From Curvularia clavata (Eukaryota), in assembly GCA_023920165.1 (NCBI GenBank), contig CP089279.1, positions 1-64,000 on the forward strand: a stretch of 64,000 nt of DNA. The letters run 5' to 3'. A program made the position numbers and the translations under genes. Within the stretch, counting starts at the first letter, position 1; every line of letters starts with the position of its first letter. Below, piece by piece: positions 63,700 through 64,000 of the stretch. The notes below the pieces were generated by a model. That model searched no databases. It had not been told where the DNA came from and worked only from the letters and a program-made list of their open reading frames with translations.

Positions 63700-64000
63700 T
63701 GTATGTAAATGACATCAATCTTGACACTTGTCTCTTGTACATAAATAGTAGCAACTATTATGTGCACCTTTCTCTGTAATCAATCCATCAATTCTTGTCA
63801 CATATCATTTTCTCGTATACCTTGATCGACTAATAGCAATGCAATTTGTGTCTTGCTGGCCTGGGTCACGATCTCAACAGCCTATGGTAAACGAAAAGCG
63901 GGAAATCCAAGCGGGTTCTTGTATCCATTGACCTTGTCTTGCAGGTTGTACCATTCCTATTTAAAGTTGTTCATGATTAGGGGAAAAGCGGCTACTTGGA

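Overview
Left end of a filamentous-ascomycete chromosome. It opens with an untrimmed Oxford Nanopore adapter/barcode (1-63) and a (CCCTAA)n telomere (64-178), followed by about 60 kb of subtelomeric, transposon-rich DNA with strong RIP-type mutation (many in-frame TAG/TAA stops, TpA excess). Contents: a hAT MITE; a 7-kb hAT element carrying transposase, an acidic-tailed unknown gene and a divergent histone H3-like gene, whose introns share a tandem TTATCACAG motif; a block of large intronless mutated genes (two SNF2-like helicases plus a truncated paralog, a zinc-knuckle Upf1-like helicase, a possible cysteine protease); a RecQ-type telomere-linked helicase whose middle carries tyrosine-recombinase-like motifs, followed by a partner gene and a TTAGGG cluster; a young chromovirus with identical LTRs carrying an antisense three-intron gene and a recurring CCAAWTTGG motif; several solo LTRs, two pogo/Fot1 elements, a LINE and a Tc1 fragment. 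Host-type genes are an intact MFS transporter, an intact flavodoxin-fold reductase and a P450 pseudogene. All calls come from manual reading and motif recognition; no searches were run.
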